A stretch of DNA of 64,000 nucleotides from Setoptus koraiensis. Lineage: Eukaryota > Animalia > Arthropoda. The stretch is taken from positions 10,788,001-10,852,000 of the forward strand of contig CM106586.1 of the NCBI GenBank assembly GCA_048013815.1, read 5' to 3'. Every line of letters begins with the position of its first letter. Position 1 is the stretch's first letter. The notes under the pieces were generated by a model, which was not told the origin of the DNA, did no database searches, and saw only the letters and a list, made by a program, of their open reading frames with translations. Position numbers and translations under genes: made by a program. Of the stretch, positions 40,232 to 53,686 are shown piece after piece.

Positions 40232-42514
40232 ATGGATCAGAACCGTGAAAATTTCGCTGATCTGGTCTCACAATACTTGGCCGCGGCCAGGTCTAGCGCT
40301 CAAGCAACTATTGTTGGCCAGCCAGTTCAGTACCCTCAGTTTGATCCAAGAGACCAGAGGAGCTACTATGAGGCTCATCCTCAGCTGTCTACTAATCCCA
40401 ACGGGACAAATCTTGGCCAGCATTACGCCGCTAGCTACAATCAATATGCTCTACAGCAACCTTATAACGCTCATCATTATCATCAGCCAGTAACGCATCA
40501 TTTGACATCAGTAGATGAAAATCCTAATAGAATTCCGTTTGATAGAAAAAGAGAACGGTCCATGGGCTATTATCGGAATTCACGAACGCAGCATAGCAAC
40601 TCTGACTATAAGAGTAGCAGAACGGCACATGACAGAAACAAAACTAGTAAACCCAAACCAACACAAGACTCTAATATTATCATTTGTGAAATTTGTAAAG
40701 TCAGTTGTGCCGGTGAGTTACCTTATAAGGAACACCTGAATGGTAAGCAGCACAAGAAGAAAGAGAGTGCTCAACAGAAAATAGAATCTGCCCGATCGCA
40801 AACAAACACTTCCGAAGGAACCAAAACGGCCGATCAAAGCTCAGACACCAACAAAGTATCAACTGATATTGACAATAGTCTATTTATAAGATGCACTGTC
40901 TGCAGTGTAACTTGTTGTGGAAAAGAATCCTATGAATCTCATCTGCGTGGTGCAAAACACAAGAAAGTTGTCGACCTCAATCTAAAATTAGGGCCAGCAG
41001 CAACTTCTCCGGGCCAGAGTAGTGGAAATTCTACTTCCAAAGACCACAAACCTAATCAACCTCCTTTGAAAGTACTAGGTACACCAGTGATAAACTTTAT
41101 TAAGGGGGGCCGTCTTCAAACCATAGAAAACACAATTGTAGAGATTCCTGAGACACCAGAGTCTAATTTGGACATTGACAAAAATCAAGTACGGTTATCA
41201 CTCATGCTGCCATGCAAAGATCTCATCAGTGATGGAAAGAGAGAGACTGAACGCGAGAGTACTGTAGATCATCACAACGTTCTTCCATCAACATCATCAC
41301 CTGATGTTGTCAAAGAAAACCCAGAGGAGGGGGACTTACTCAAGATTACGATTGATAGAAAAGGAGAACGTTCCATGGGCCATCATCGGGATCCACGAGC
41401 GCAGAATAGCGACTCTGACTATATCAGTATCAGAACGGCACAAGACGGAAACAAAACTAGTAAACCCAAACCAACACAAGACTCTAATATTATCATTTGT
41501 GAAATTTGTAAAGTCAGTTGTGCCGGTGAGTTACCTTATAAGGAACACCTAAATGGTAAGCAGCACAAGAAGAAAGAGAGTGCTCAACAGAAAATAGAAT
41601 CTGCCCGATCGCAAACAAACACTTCCGAAGGAACCAAAACGGCTGATCAAAGCTCAGATACCAACAAAGTATCGAATGATAATGACAATAGTGTATTCAT
41701 AAGATGCACTGTCTGCAGTGTAACTTGTTGTGGAAAAGAATCCTATGAATCTCATCTGCGTGGTGCAAAACACAAGAAAGTTGCCGGTTTCAATTTTACA
41801 CTAGGGCCAGCAGCAACTTCTCCGGGCCAGAGTAGTGGAAATTCTACTTCCAAAGACCACAAACCTAATCAACCTCCTTTGAAAGTACTAGGTGCACCTG
41901 TGATAAACTTTGTTAAGGGAAGACGTTATTTCACTAGTGATGGAAAGAGAGATACTGAAGGCGAGAGTACTGAAGATCATCACGACGTTCTTTCATCAAC
42001 ATCATCACCTGATGTTGTCAAAGAAAACACAGAGGAGAGGAACACATTCAAATCTGCCGTAGAAAATGAATCTCGTAATGAATTCTCTGATGTAGAGCCA
42101 CCAAGTAAATCGTCATCTTCTGGATATATAGGAGAAGAATGTGTTAAAGAGATTGTACTCGATGGAATCAGTATGGGATACAACTGTACACTTTGCTCTT
42201 GTCAATTCTACAATGATGCTGCAAAGCTCGAACATTTGAAAGGAAGAAAGCACAAGTTCAAGTATATCCAAGCAAATTCAACACCTGATAAGGCTAGCCA
42301 GATAAAGAGAAAATCAAGGAAGAGAAGAGATCAGATCAAGAAACAGAAGATTGACGAATCGAGCGACGGTTCTCAATCCACTGCTCCGCTTCAAATTGCC
42401 GAATCGAGCGACGGTTCTCAATCCACTGCTCCGCTTCAAATTGCCGAATCGAGCGACGGTTCTCAATCCAATGCTTCGCTTCAAACTCCAACGTCGACTC
42501 ACACACATAGATAA
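40232..42514 (+). CDS. ZFR/Zn72D-like matrin-type C2H2 zinc-finger protein with 5 fingers and no DZF domain
   Basis: CEICKVSCAGELPYKEHLNGKQHKKKE and CTVCSVTCCGKESYESHLRGAKHKKV (each twice) plus CTLCSCQF...HLKGRKHKFKY correspond to ZFR fingers 1-3. The ORF stops 80 bp from the convergent EVI5-like stop. Confidence 0.8.
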   Translation: MDQNRENFADLVSQYLAAARSSAQATIVGQPVQYPQFDPRDQRSYYEAHPQLSTNPNGTNLGQHYAASYNQYALQQPYNAHHYHQPVTHHLTSVDENPNRIPFDRKRERSMGYYRNSRTQHSNSDYKSSRTAHDRNKTSKPKPTQDSNIIICEICKVSCAGELPYKEHLNGKQHKKKESAQQKIESARSQTNTSEGTKTADQSSDTNKVSTDIDNSLFIRCTVCSVTCCGKESYESHLRGAKHKKVVDLNLKLGPAATSPGQSSGNSTSKDHKPNQPPLKVLGTPVINFIKGGRLQTIENTIVEIPETPESNLDIDKNQVRLSLMLPCKDLISDGKRETERESTVDHHNVLPSTSSPDVVKENPEEGDLLKITIDRKGERSMGHHRDPRAQNSDSDYISIRTAQDGNKTSKPKPTQDSNIIICEICKVSCAGELPYKEHLNGKQHKKKESAQQKIESARSQTNTSEGTKTADQSSDTNKVSNDNDNSVFIRCTVCSVTCCGKESYESHLRGAKHKKVAGFNFTLGPAATSPGQSSGNSTSKDHKPNQPPLKVLGAPVINFVKGRRYFTSDGKRDTEGESTEDHHDVLSSTSSPDVVKENTEERNTFKSAVENESRNEFSDVEPPSKSSSSGYIGEECVKEIVLDGISMGYNCTLCSCQFYNDAAKLEHLKGRKHKFKYIQANSTPDKASQIKRKSRKRRDQIKKQKIDESSDGSQSTAPLQIAESSDGSQSTAPLQIAESSDGSQSNASLQTPTSTHTHR
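40537..42040 (+). repeat. Intragenic direct duplication (~0.8 kb unit, ~815 bp offset) of zinc fingers 1-2
   Basis: 40537-41335 versus 41352-42040 are near-identical in DNA and protein; the second copy lacks ~110 bp. Confidence 0.92.
42352..42485 (+). repeat. 45-bp coding tandem repeat (ESSDGSQSTAPLQIA) x3
   Basis: Read directly at the ZFR-like C-terminus. Confidence 0.92.
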
Positions 42515-42593
42515 TTTAAAATAAAATTCGTATACTATGTTCATTTATTATCATCATTTATAGCTTCTATAATGATAATGCTCTACTTGTTAA

Positions 42594-45528
42594 TTAAGAT
42601 TCTACTATTGCACTATCATTACTAATGTTATGATCGTTTAAGGCACCACTAGATGTTTGAGTAGTTTTGATTTCATGATCATGACTATTGACTATATTGT
42701 TTTGAGGGGGGGCTTCTTCCTTGGATTCTGAGGATTCTTGGGATGATTGTCTTGAAATGTTGTTTTGAGTTTCTATTATTGTAGCTGTTGTTGCAGTTGT
42801 TGATGATGATGTTGATGGTGTTGGTGGGGCTGGGGATAGACTTGTATTTAATTTAAGCTCTCTATTGTTGTTATCACTATATAAGCTTGAATTTTGCTCT
42901 CTGGCAATGGTATCACTATTTTTTTGAACGCTCTCTAATCCGCCATTTTTCGCATTCTTTTTTTTCAACCACTGACCGTCCAAATCAAACATGTCGATTT
43001 GTAGATCTGCCATGCGTTTCTGTAGCTCAACATTATCCCTTGGTTCGTTGCCAAGCTCCATGACTTTTCTCGTAGTTTCCAATTCTTGTAACTGTTCTTG
43101 CGGTTGTTGGTATGATAGATGGGAGGTGTTAAACTGATTAGATACGTTTACAATCACATATTGGCTTTTGACAATCAACATGAGAAACATGCGAGAGTCG
43201 TGTAGTGGATGCAAAAGAACTCACCTTGGCCTCAAGACTTGAAATTTTTTGTTTTAGCTCGGCAGTAGCGTGTGTTTGTTCAATGTCGTTAATGCGACGC
43301 ATCATTTGATCCTCTTTCTCTTGAAGATGCTTATCGGCCAATTTTCGTTGTTCCTCTTTCAATTGAATGATTAATTCGCGCTGTTTCTCAAGCTCAGTTG
43401 TTTTTTCTGTCCTAGTTCTATTCAATTCGTCTGCTTGGCGACGAATCTGATTCAAATGAACCTGATTTTGAGTTTCCAATTCCATTATTCTAAGTCTTGA
43501 ATCTTTAATTTCCGCACTACAATCGGCATCTCGCAATTTGCAAGTCAGCAGCTCCTGTTTCAATCTATTAATCTCTTGATGTTGTTGCTCTATGAGCTCC
43601 TTCTGACTGTTGGCTTGCGATGTGGCCGCCGAACGTTTTATAATATTATTGCTAAACAATTTCAACGGGCTACTAGTAACAGAGGTCAATGACGATGGCT
43701 GCGATTGATTCGACAATTGATTAGCCGTAGTACTGCTATTTGTTAAGCTACTGCTACCCCCGCAGCCACTATTTCCGTTACTACCTGTTGATGATGGCTC
43801 TAAACTGTTTGGTTGCGATGTTGAACAACTGCCACCACCGTTTCCGGTTTGGCTGTGTGCCTGTTGCAAATGTTCTTGCCACATTGTTTGCATGTCGGTT
43901 ATTTTGTTGCGTAACTCTTTCATGGCCAGATTAGCTTCGGCCTCACGCAACTTGACAGATATTAACTCCTCTTCAAGCTGAATTATGGGGTCCTCCGGCA
44001 CGCTCTCCCGCAACGATTTATTACATTCTTCTAATTCTTCTATTTTAGATTTCAATGACTTGATTTCTTCGTGATTTTCGGCTTCGCGCAACTTAACCCC
44101 CACTAACTCCTCTTGTAAGGTTTGTATAATGTTTGAGGCCTCTTCGGAATAATTTATAGTTCGTTGACGCTGTATTTGCTCCAATTCGGAATTCCGCGTC
44201 TCTGCAACAATCATTTTCTTTTTGTGTTCTTCTTCTAATTGTTTCAAGACGGTTATTTGATTTTTCATGTTCTCTGCCTCTTCAGCATGACAAACTTGGT
44301 CCTTGATAAGCTTATTCGCCAATTCAGCGCTTTCATTTTCCAGCGTCTCTAGGCGCTGTCGCAATAGGCGGTTTTCCGTTCTCAATCTTCTTAATTCTAC
44401 CATTTCCTCTTGTTCTTTTGTTTTCAATGTTGTATAGTCTTTGCAAAATTTTTTCATTTTCTTACCATCAAATTTTACATTACAGGCCATCTGAACTAGA
44501 TACTCTGGTTCGCATTCTATTCTTTGTGGCATCTCTTTTTGGAAATATTTTAACAAACCCTCCATGTCGCATTTAAGTAGATCTTGCTTGCAAATTTGCA
44601 ACACAGCTATAGACAAACGAAATATCATGTCTAGGCCCTCGCTCAAGAATAGGTCCATTACGCGATAAGCCAAAGGCAATGGTAGACATGATGTGAATAG
44701 AGTTAGAAACCACGAGGATGAATACATTGAGGTATAATAGTTCTGTGACTGAAAATGTTTGTATAATTCGGGTAATTGCTCTTGAACCATACACTCCAAT
44801 TGGTAGATGCACAAGCCCAATTCGGCCATTGTTGGTTTATAGATTTCTCTCATCCTATAATCCTGCATTATCTTGCATACCATCACATAAGTTTCTTCTT
44901 CGCTTAATTGCAATAATAATATACCTACTATAAAAGCGCTACCTTGACAATAGCCAACCTCTTGGTCAAATAAACTATAAGCCTTAATAACATTGAACAA
45001 CCTCTTCTGGCCGGGGCCTTTCTCATCTTTGAAGAATTCATGTTCTGGGAATGTTCTAGCTATATCACGTTGTATTAATTTTTCACAATTTGACGAGTTC
45101 TTCAATGATTCTTTGTATTGTTCAGGAGTTTGTTGAGTAGTTTGAGCATTGGCCAATTTCTTCCATATGTTCGCACGCATGTTGGCAGGTACGCCACGCC
45201 TGACGAGCTCCTAATCAAAAAAATTAACGAGATTAGATATTATTAATTAGCTATGTAATCCAACTTTACTTTCCAACTTTTTAAATCAGTATGCAAAGCT
45301 GCAACTCACCTTAATATAGTCGCTTTGTTTGGTCCTTTGTGTCGACCAATCGGCAATGACATTTAGCCAGGCGTGCCAGACATCTTCGCTAATGTTGTCA
45401 CCGTCGACAACCCCGCCATGCGCAGTTTGGGGCTCCTGGGTTTGTTTGGTTTGCTGTTGTTGCAGATTATCCCCACTTGAGTTGTCAAGGGGCGCCACAT
45501 CGGTAGCATCATTGGCCATTATTTTCAT
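42594..45528 (-). CDS. EVI5: EVI5-like Rab GTPase-activating protein (TBC domain plus coiled coil), ~914 aa, 3 exons
   Basis: Exons 45528-45310, 45210-43225 and 43133-42594. ELVRRGVPANMRANIW, IQRDIARTFP (R finger), YCQGSAF (Q finger) and ELVGVKLREAE coiled-coil repeats are characteristic of EVI5. Confidence 0.92.
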
Positions 45529-48164
45529 AAGATGATGAGATTACTGTGTATTTATTCTAAGTAAGTAGCAATGGCAGTTGTAGCTGTGATCACTCTGGAA
45601 GTTTTCTAGGATGGAAGGGATGCGGACGGACACAACGGCCACTGGCCCACTTAAGTGAAATATCCTTTTCCTGCGAGTGTGTCAAGCTGTTGCCTGTGAT
45701 TGGAAGCTGTAGTAAACTTCACTTTAGATTCAACCAATAGTATCATGTATTAGTTAAGGGCAACAGTGAAATAAAAAGCACTTTGATGAATTTATGCTGT
45801 ATATTCATTAGATATTATGGGCAATAGCAGTTCAGATCAGATCCAATTTCTTCTATTTGGTATATCTAATGATAGTAGATTATGGTGAATTCTAGTTAGT
45901 GTTAAAAAGTTGTTGCTGTTGTTGTTGTTAGTTGCAATTTCCATTGGATTTACTGAATGATGACGACAACGATCGCTGTTAGACCGTTTTGTTTAAAACT
46001 AACGTGATGAAGGATGATGATGATGATGATAATGAATCCTCCCTTGATTGTAATAATAAATAATAGAATCTGTTACTGAAAAAAACTAATGATTAGTTAT
46101 CTTTCCCCCTCTCTCTTATTGTGCTCGTTGCAATGTTGTGTGTGTGTGTCCGCTTAAAGTTTAATAATTAATAATAATATGAAATTGATCTACTGAAATA
46201 GGGTGCCGTTTATTTGTTGCCAGCACATCCATTGACGGATTGATTTCTCATGATTGACAATTAATGCTTAATATCTATCCTCCATCGATATGTATGTTGA
46301 TATTTGATTCGGTACTAATACTTGTTAGCCGTGAGGTTGCATAGGTAGGTGTTGCGGTTTTTGATGAGGCAGCAGGTGATGAATTATGTTGATTATTATT
46401 ATTATTATAAACATAGTAATACTATAATGGCAAATATAAAAATATAATAATAAATAAGTTGTTTATAAACACCATTGCAAATGTATTATTATCATTATAT
46501 AATAATAATGATGATGACATCAACAAACATAAACATCACCACAACTGACAACTCGAACGACAGGTAAATTGATGATTATTATGAGCGTATATAAACGGCG
46601 TCAATAGGCCAGTGATGAACATGATTATTATATTCATCTGTTGGTAACGGTACATCAAACAGGTGTGTTATTAGTGTAACTGCACTGTTGAATTGGCAAA
46701 AATATATTAGTAGTGATAGTATTGTTGTTGCATAGGTTGTATGTAGGTTTTTATGGTGACCAAATAATAATGATGGATGATAGTTGTTCGTTTGTAACAA
46801 ATGAAGCTTGTTGCTATACTGCTTTTTGATTTTGGCTTCACCATTCAACAATCTACCTTTTTGTTTATGTGTGTGTGTCTGATTTGAGACGGAGCGCTGT
46901 TATGGTCGTATGATTACTATCGTTATTATTCAAATTGTTTTTATTGGCCACTAAACAGCTAATATCCATATCAGCAATCATTATATCTGAAGATCTATAC
47001 TTATATAACTGTTGTACATAACTGTGTGTACAATAACTTACGATAATGACGACGCCAATGACAATGGCTTTGGTGGCAACCAGGGTAACGCCACTAACAA
47101 CGTTGTTGTCTTGTGTGTTCGTCACATTTACCTGTCGACGACAACAACAGCAACAGCGGCGGCAACAGCAACAACAACAGCGGCAGCAGACGCTAGAGAC
47201 CTTGTTATACTTTTTTACTCTATCATAGCATTTGACTCAAGTTTTCCAGTTAGCTAACTAAGGCAAGCTGCTTCCCATAGCTGCATGTGTGCGTGTGTGT
47301 GTGTAATGACTGCAGCCCTTTTGAGACTAGCACACTTATTATTAGCCGCTAGCTAGCTTGCCAGTGCGTTTGTGATAGTGGCCATGGCGGCTGGTGGCTA
47401 AGGTAAGAGTTGTAGCAGAGAGTCATGGCAACAGTAACATAATGATGATGCCAGTGCAGTGTTGCAGCATTAAATGCTCACCTGTAATAGAGCTCGCGCC
47501 ACACCACATTCATGTATACAGTATATATATGTATACTGTATATATACTGTACTGGCGAATAGTCATACTGAAGCTTTCGATAGCTCCAAAAGTGAGGCTA
47601 AAATTAAGTGTGGCAGGGTTAGTCCAGGCCAAACTTGAGCACTCTAACTCACCTGTGTCCACCGAGATAGTGTTGCGTAAGTGGCTGTGTGCGGCCCCCT
47701 TGCGTGCCGCTTTTTGTGGCATGTATAAGCACAATTAAAATGGGGGGAAATGGCAACAAAAAATTTCTAGTAGAGCCAGTAGAGTGACTTAAAACTGGCC
47801 TGCAGCTATCCCGTATTGTGTGAGTATGAGTTACGCAACACACATACCAGTGGTTGTCGTGGCACTCGCCGGACTCAACCACATCAGCGATGGTCTCAGC
47901 GATTGTGTTGTTAGCTGTTGGTGTACTGAAGCATAGTTAGTGGCGGTGGTGGTGTGCTCTCTATTAAACAAATCAGACAAACTCCCACTACATGCATGAG
48001 ATGCTTTGTGTAGTTATTTGACTGAAACAGCAATATGACTGTACTGTCTGCACAATATATTGTTGTTTGACCATCGTCGCCTGTACCTGTCCTGCCTCAG
48101 TTCACCTGTGCGTGATGTACTCCAATCGAATATGTCAAATCTTTGTTGCTCGCCACCATCAATA

Positions 48165-48195
<31 letters not shown>

Positions 48196-48766
48196 AACAT
48201 CAGCAACAACAACGGCGGCAACAACAACGAGAGCACCGGCAACAATAAAAACTTGCGTGTGGTTGCACCTACAATCGGCCAGTTTCAAGACTTAACAGTT
48301 GGTGTTGTTTCCGAAACACGCCAGACCCGTTTTCTCCCGGCGCGCGAGATTATCTCTCTCTCCGGGAGACGACGGGAGCGAGCAACGATGAGTCATCATC
48401 AAGTGATTTCAATTTTGCCGCTGAAGAAGAACACACACACACACAAGTAAAAACATTGGAAACGTGCTCGTTTTTACCATTTGACATGAAGTCAACTCGA
48501 CAATTTCCCCATTCAAGCCGCACACAAGCACACCTGTGCCTAACTTGGGCAAGCTAAGCTCGTGCATCTGTGCAGCGCGCCCCTCTCTATGTGCTGCACA
48601 GCAGAGTGCGAACAGCAGAGGCCATATTCTGCTTGGCCGAAACTCTATTCTCAAGTTACTACATTGTCTGGCAATATTATTACCGTATTGTTGTAATCTT
48701 TATTATTATTATTATCCATATCACTTAGGATCTCACATTGAATCTCATTTTAATAGACATTAAATT

Positions 48767-51700
48767 ATGGACAACAACAACTCAACCAATAGTGATCTTT
48801 TGGACCTGGAAAATATTGATCCAGCGCCGGCCGCTCAGTTAAAAAAACAATCCTCTAACGACCTGGATCTATTGCTATCTGATGAGAAACAGCCACAACT
48901 GTTGGATTTGTCTGTTGGCGAAGTATTACCATCATCGGATAGCTTTGATCAAGATTCACTTGACATTGGCCCACCAAAACAACACCTACTGGATTTTCTG
49001 GAACCCCTCGATGCTGAGCCGGAGCCCGACCTTGTCGAGAACCAACCCGATCCTGTTGAGGCCCAACTAGAGCACATGGGCAACCAATCAGAGCTAATCG
49101 AGCGCCAATCAGAGCTAATCGGGCACCAGTTCAAGCTCGTTGAGGACAGGCCAGAGGCTGACGAGGAGCAGCCTCTCGCCTTAGAAGAACAGCCTGACCT
49201 TGTCGAGCATCAAACTGACCCCTCTGATGACAAGCCTGAGCCCATCAAGGAACAGCCTGATATCATCGAGACCCAGCCTCTGCAAATCGAGCACCAGGCC
49301 GAGCTAGTCGAACATCAACCCGAACTCATCGAGGAACTCCTCGATGCTGAGCCGGAGCCCGACCTTGTCAACAACCAACCCGATCCTGTTGAGGCCCAAC
49401 TAGAGCACCTCACCGAGGCCCAGCCTAAACTCATCGAGGCCCAGCCTGAGCTCATCGAGAAACAGCCTGATTTTATCGAGGAACAGCCCGATTTCACTGA
49501 AGAACAGCCCGAATTTATCGAAAAACAGCCCGAGTTCATCCCACATCGCTTCGAGCGCCGGCTCGATAGCGTCGAACATCAACCCGAACTCATCGAGGAA
49601 CAACTCGATGCTGAGCCGGAGCCCGACCTTGTCAACAACCAACCCGATCCTGTTGAGGCCCAACTAGAGCACCTCACCGAGGCCCAGCCTAAACTCATCG
49701 AGGCCCAGCCTGAGCTCATCGAGAAACAGCCTGATTTTATCGAGGAACAGCCCGATTTCACTGAAGAACAGCCCGAATTTATCGAAAAACAGCCCGAGTT
49801 CATCCCACATCGCTTCGAGCGCCGGCTCGATAGCGTCGAACATCAACCCGAACTCATCGAGGAACAACTCGATGCTGAGCCGGAGCCCGACCTTGTCAAC
49901 AACCAACCCGATCCTGTTGAGGCCCAACTAGAGCACCTCACCGAGGCCCAGCCTAAACTCATCGAGGCCCAGCCTGAACTCATCGAGGCCCAGCCTGAAC
50001 TCATCGAGGCCCAGCCTGAACTCATCAAGGCCCAGCCTGAACTCATCGAGAAACAGCCTGAACTCATCGAGAAACAGCCTGAACTCATCGAGAAACAGCC
50101 TGATTTCATTGAGGAACAGCCTGAACTCATCGAGAAACAGCCTGATTTCATTGAGGAACAGCCTGATTTCATTGAGGAACAGCCCGAATTTATCGAAAAA
50201 CAGCCCGAGTTCATCCCACATCGCTTCGAGCACCGGCTCGATAGCGTCGAGCATCAACCCGAGCTCATTGAGGAACAGCCCGAGATCACCAAGGCACAAC
50301 CTGAGCCCGTTGAGGAGCAGGTCAAGTTTCTCAAGGCCCAACCCTTGAGTAGCGCGGCTCATCACGGGCGTGTCGGAGGAGTAGATTTATCAATTAGTGC
50401 ACGTAAGTAAAAACAAAAAAAAGACCAGAAACTGTTTCACAAAACGAGCAATTGTTGTTGTTGTTACCATGCAAGCATTACGCGTCAGCCGAGGTTCCCC
50501 ATTCGTCCAGCACACATGAGGTTCACTCCCCCCCCCCTCTGCGCCCATTGACTTGGGCGTCACCCATTTTACCCTGTAAACACGAGACCATTGCCCCCTC
50601 TCGCACGTGCTACACACACCTTTGTTTCGTAAACAGTGCTTCGACATAAACTCCCATTCAGGGTATCAGCGAAGTTGAAACATGGGCATTTGTCTGGTCG
50701 AGTGAACGATCTGCAAAACGCACTTCCATTCAAGTCTGAATCAACTGAATGTAAAGCGAAACCCCAGATTCAGGGTATCTTTTGAAATGAGTAATCCGTT
50801 GGGCGTGTGCATGTTGCGAGCATGAGTGAGTACGACTGTCAGGGACGTGCTATTATCTCCCTTTCCTCAACTATCGCTTGCTTATCAACTGAAGGTACAA
50901 ATGAGATAATCAACAATAACAACAACAAACAACAAGAAAAATTCAATCTATCAGGCTTTCGAACTCGCTGCTGAAATATCTCAGACAATTAGTCAGCATT
51001 GTTTACATGCAAATTATTATCATTATCGCTACAACATTCATATTCAAAACCACGTATTATCTGGTGTTTAGATCAGCCAATACAAATAGACTGAATACAT
51101 TTTTAGTGTGTGTGCATGCGTTTTTTTTCCATGACAATGTTGTCACATTAGAAGGAAGTTGAGATACGCAAAAAATCATCATCATTGAACTCACATTGTA
51201 CCATTAAACCAGTCGGATTTACTCACTTGCTAGCTAACTGCAGCACACAATTTCTAGAAAGACTCACACTCATATACAATCGCGTCGATATCCTATTTGT
51301 ATTAATTTTCATCCAAAGGAATAACTGCTCACAGTGTTAATAGAATATCAGCATATTTTGTTTTTGTGTGAACATTATTCAATTCAATTCATTTCATATA
51401 ATATCGTACAAATTATTCATCAACAAAATTTTCAATCGCCACAATGATTGACGTACTCTTCGCAACGCTATGGTTACAAGGTACACTCATTACACAAATC
51501 ATTAATTAATTATCTTTCTGCTACAATAACAACAACAATATCAAAGGCTGTTTATATAACCCCAATAGAAATAGAAATTAGACACTAAAATAATAATGAA
51601 ACTAACTGATTTCTACATATCCCATTATAACATATCCTATTACCAAATTCAGTGTCAGACATTCTGCACTGGAAGGATCCGCTGGTAACAGGAATCGTAT

Positions 51701-52405
51701 TCGCGTTTGGATTGTCTCTTATTCTGTCCACATTGTTTTTCTCAATAATCTCAGTCATAGCCTACCACTCATTAGCTATAATGATGGCGTCACTATCGTT
51801 TAGGCTATATAGATCCGTTATGCAAACAATGAATAAGAAGACCCCAATCGACGACGTTTTTGACAAATATCTCGTCAAAGATATAACATTGTCGGCTGAG
51901 AAAACACACGAAATAGTAGACATTGCTGTCAACCATCTAAACGACGCACTCATCAAGCTTAGGAATGTCCTATTGTTGGAAGACAAGATCGGCTCCTTGA
52001 AGGTAATTGAATCAAATTGCTGCCTTAACTCTATATTACTGCATCACCAGTGAGCCACAAATCAAAAACTCTAACAATATTCTATCTAATTGTTCTCATC
52101 CAATACTCATGCATCACATTCAGTTTGCCGTTTTCTTGTATACTCTTCTCTATGTTGGGTCATGGTTCAACGGTATTACATTGATCTTCATTGTCTATTT
52201 GGCTTTATTTAGTGTACCGAGATTTTACGAATTATACAAGCCTCAAATCGATCAATACTTGAATATATTGGGCGTTCATGCAGCCACAACTATGTCTTCT
52301 GTCATGGGCAAGGTGTCTTCCATAGCATCTTCGGCAGCCCAATCAGCAAACCAATCGGCGACATCTGCGGATGCTACAACGGAGTCAAAACATAAAAGTC
52401 AATGA
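48767..52405 (+). CDS. Reticulon, long isoform with acidic repeat N-terminus (~755 aa)
   Basis: Exon 48767-50402 (GTAAGT donor, phase 1) splices in frame to 51653-52002 (SDILHWKDPLVTGIVF...) and 52124-52405 (FAVFLYTLLYVGSWFNGITL...FSVPRFYELYKPQIDQYL), the reticulon homology domain. Confidence 0.88.
49307..50270 (+). repeat. Coding higher-order repeat: 264-bp units containing 21-bp (QPELIEx) subunits
   Basis: Unit starts at 49307, 49571, 49835 and 50246. The third unit is 411 bp, i.e. 264 + 7x21. Confidence 0.95.
51444..51480 (+). CDS. Putative alternative first exon for a short reticulon isoform (MIDVLFATLWLQ|V-SDILHWKD)
   Basis: ATG plus 12 codons plus 1 nt, AG|GTACAC donor in phase 1, matching the acceptor at 51653. 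Analogous to short RTN-C N-termini. Confidence 0.5.
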
Positions 52406-53117
52406 GGGCTGACGTAATAACACATGCATACATATATATATACATATATATATATAAGTATATATATAAATAATAATAATATTTATCTTCGCAATTTGGG
52501 TACAGGCAACAACATCAGTATTTCTTCTTCGAACCAGCACGCTCTAGTATGAGAAAATATCATTTGAGGGTACACCAATCAGTTATAACACACAAATATA
52601 CATGCACAAACTTGCATACATAAACACACTTGGTACATCGTTGTGGATTGGCAGATGAAAATCCATAATCTATCTATCAACATCATCTAATCTGATGCAT
52701 GGGTGTGCTTCAGGTCCACTAATTATTCCTAGGAAGAAAGAGCCCCATTGACGTATTAAATAAACATTTTAAAATTCTTAGAAGTTGGTGGAGGTTCCAT
52801 GAGAGACAATAGGAATATAAAGAGAATTTAGTGTTGGATTTTCTCATCTGACAATACTACAGCAAGAGCCCAAGTGCCAGCATGTGACGAAGTCATCGAT
52901 AAAGTGGTTATGTATTAACATGGATCAGTATTGATAGTTGTCAATCTTCTATATCAATTAAGCTCCATGATGGGTCGAAACAATATCAGCATCAAGTCAT
53001 TTTTTTATTATTATGCAACCTATGAACAATAAAAAAAAAGAAATCTGCACACTAAATACTGGACATGTGTGTGTACATGTATAAATATACCAAAATATAT
53101 AAATAAAGTATTCACAG

Positions 53118-53617
53118 NNNNNNNNNNNNNNNNNNNNNNNNNNNNNNNNNNNNNNNNNNNNNNNNNNNNNNNNNNNNNNNNNNNNNNNNNNNNNNNNNNN
53201 NNNNNNNNNNNNNNNNNNNNNNNNNNNNNNNNNNNNNNNNNNNNNNNNNNNNNNNNNNNNNNNNNNNNNNNNNNNNNNNNNNNNNNNNNNNNNNNNNNNN
53301 NNNNNNNNNNNNNNNNNNNNNNNNNNNNNNNNNNNNNNNNNNNNNNNNNNNNNNNNNNNNNNNNNNNNNNNNNNNNNNNNNNNNNNNNNNNNNNNNNNNN
53401 NNNNNNNNNNNNNNNNNNNNNNNNNNNNNNNNNNNNNNNNNNNNNNNNNNNNNNNNNNNNNNNNNNNNNNNNNNNNNNNNNNNNNNNNNNNNNNNNNNNN
53501 NNNNNNNNNNNNNNNNNNNNNNNNNNNNNNNNNNNNNNNNNNNNNNNNNNNNNNNNNNNNNNNNNNNNNNNNNNNNNNNNNNNNNNNNNNNNNNNNNNNN
53601 NNNNNNNNNNNNNNNNN
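53118..53617. other. Assembly gap (500 N)
   Basis: Run of N. Confidence 1.
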
Positions 53618-53686
53618 AATGTTGATGATCCCAATCAGCATCGTTCGCCCATCGATTGAACTATTTCATAAACTGCTTGAACCTCG

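Noticed and set aside
49315-50365. Repeated antisense ORFs in the reticulon exon
   Set aside because: Reverse-frame shadows of the coding repeat.
52997-53659. ORFs of 196-214 aa spanning the gap
   Set aside because: Artefacts of translating the N run.
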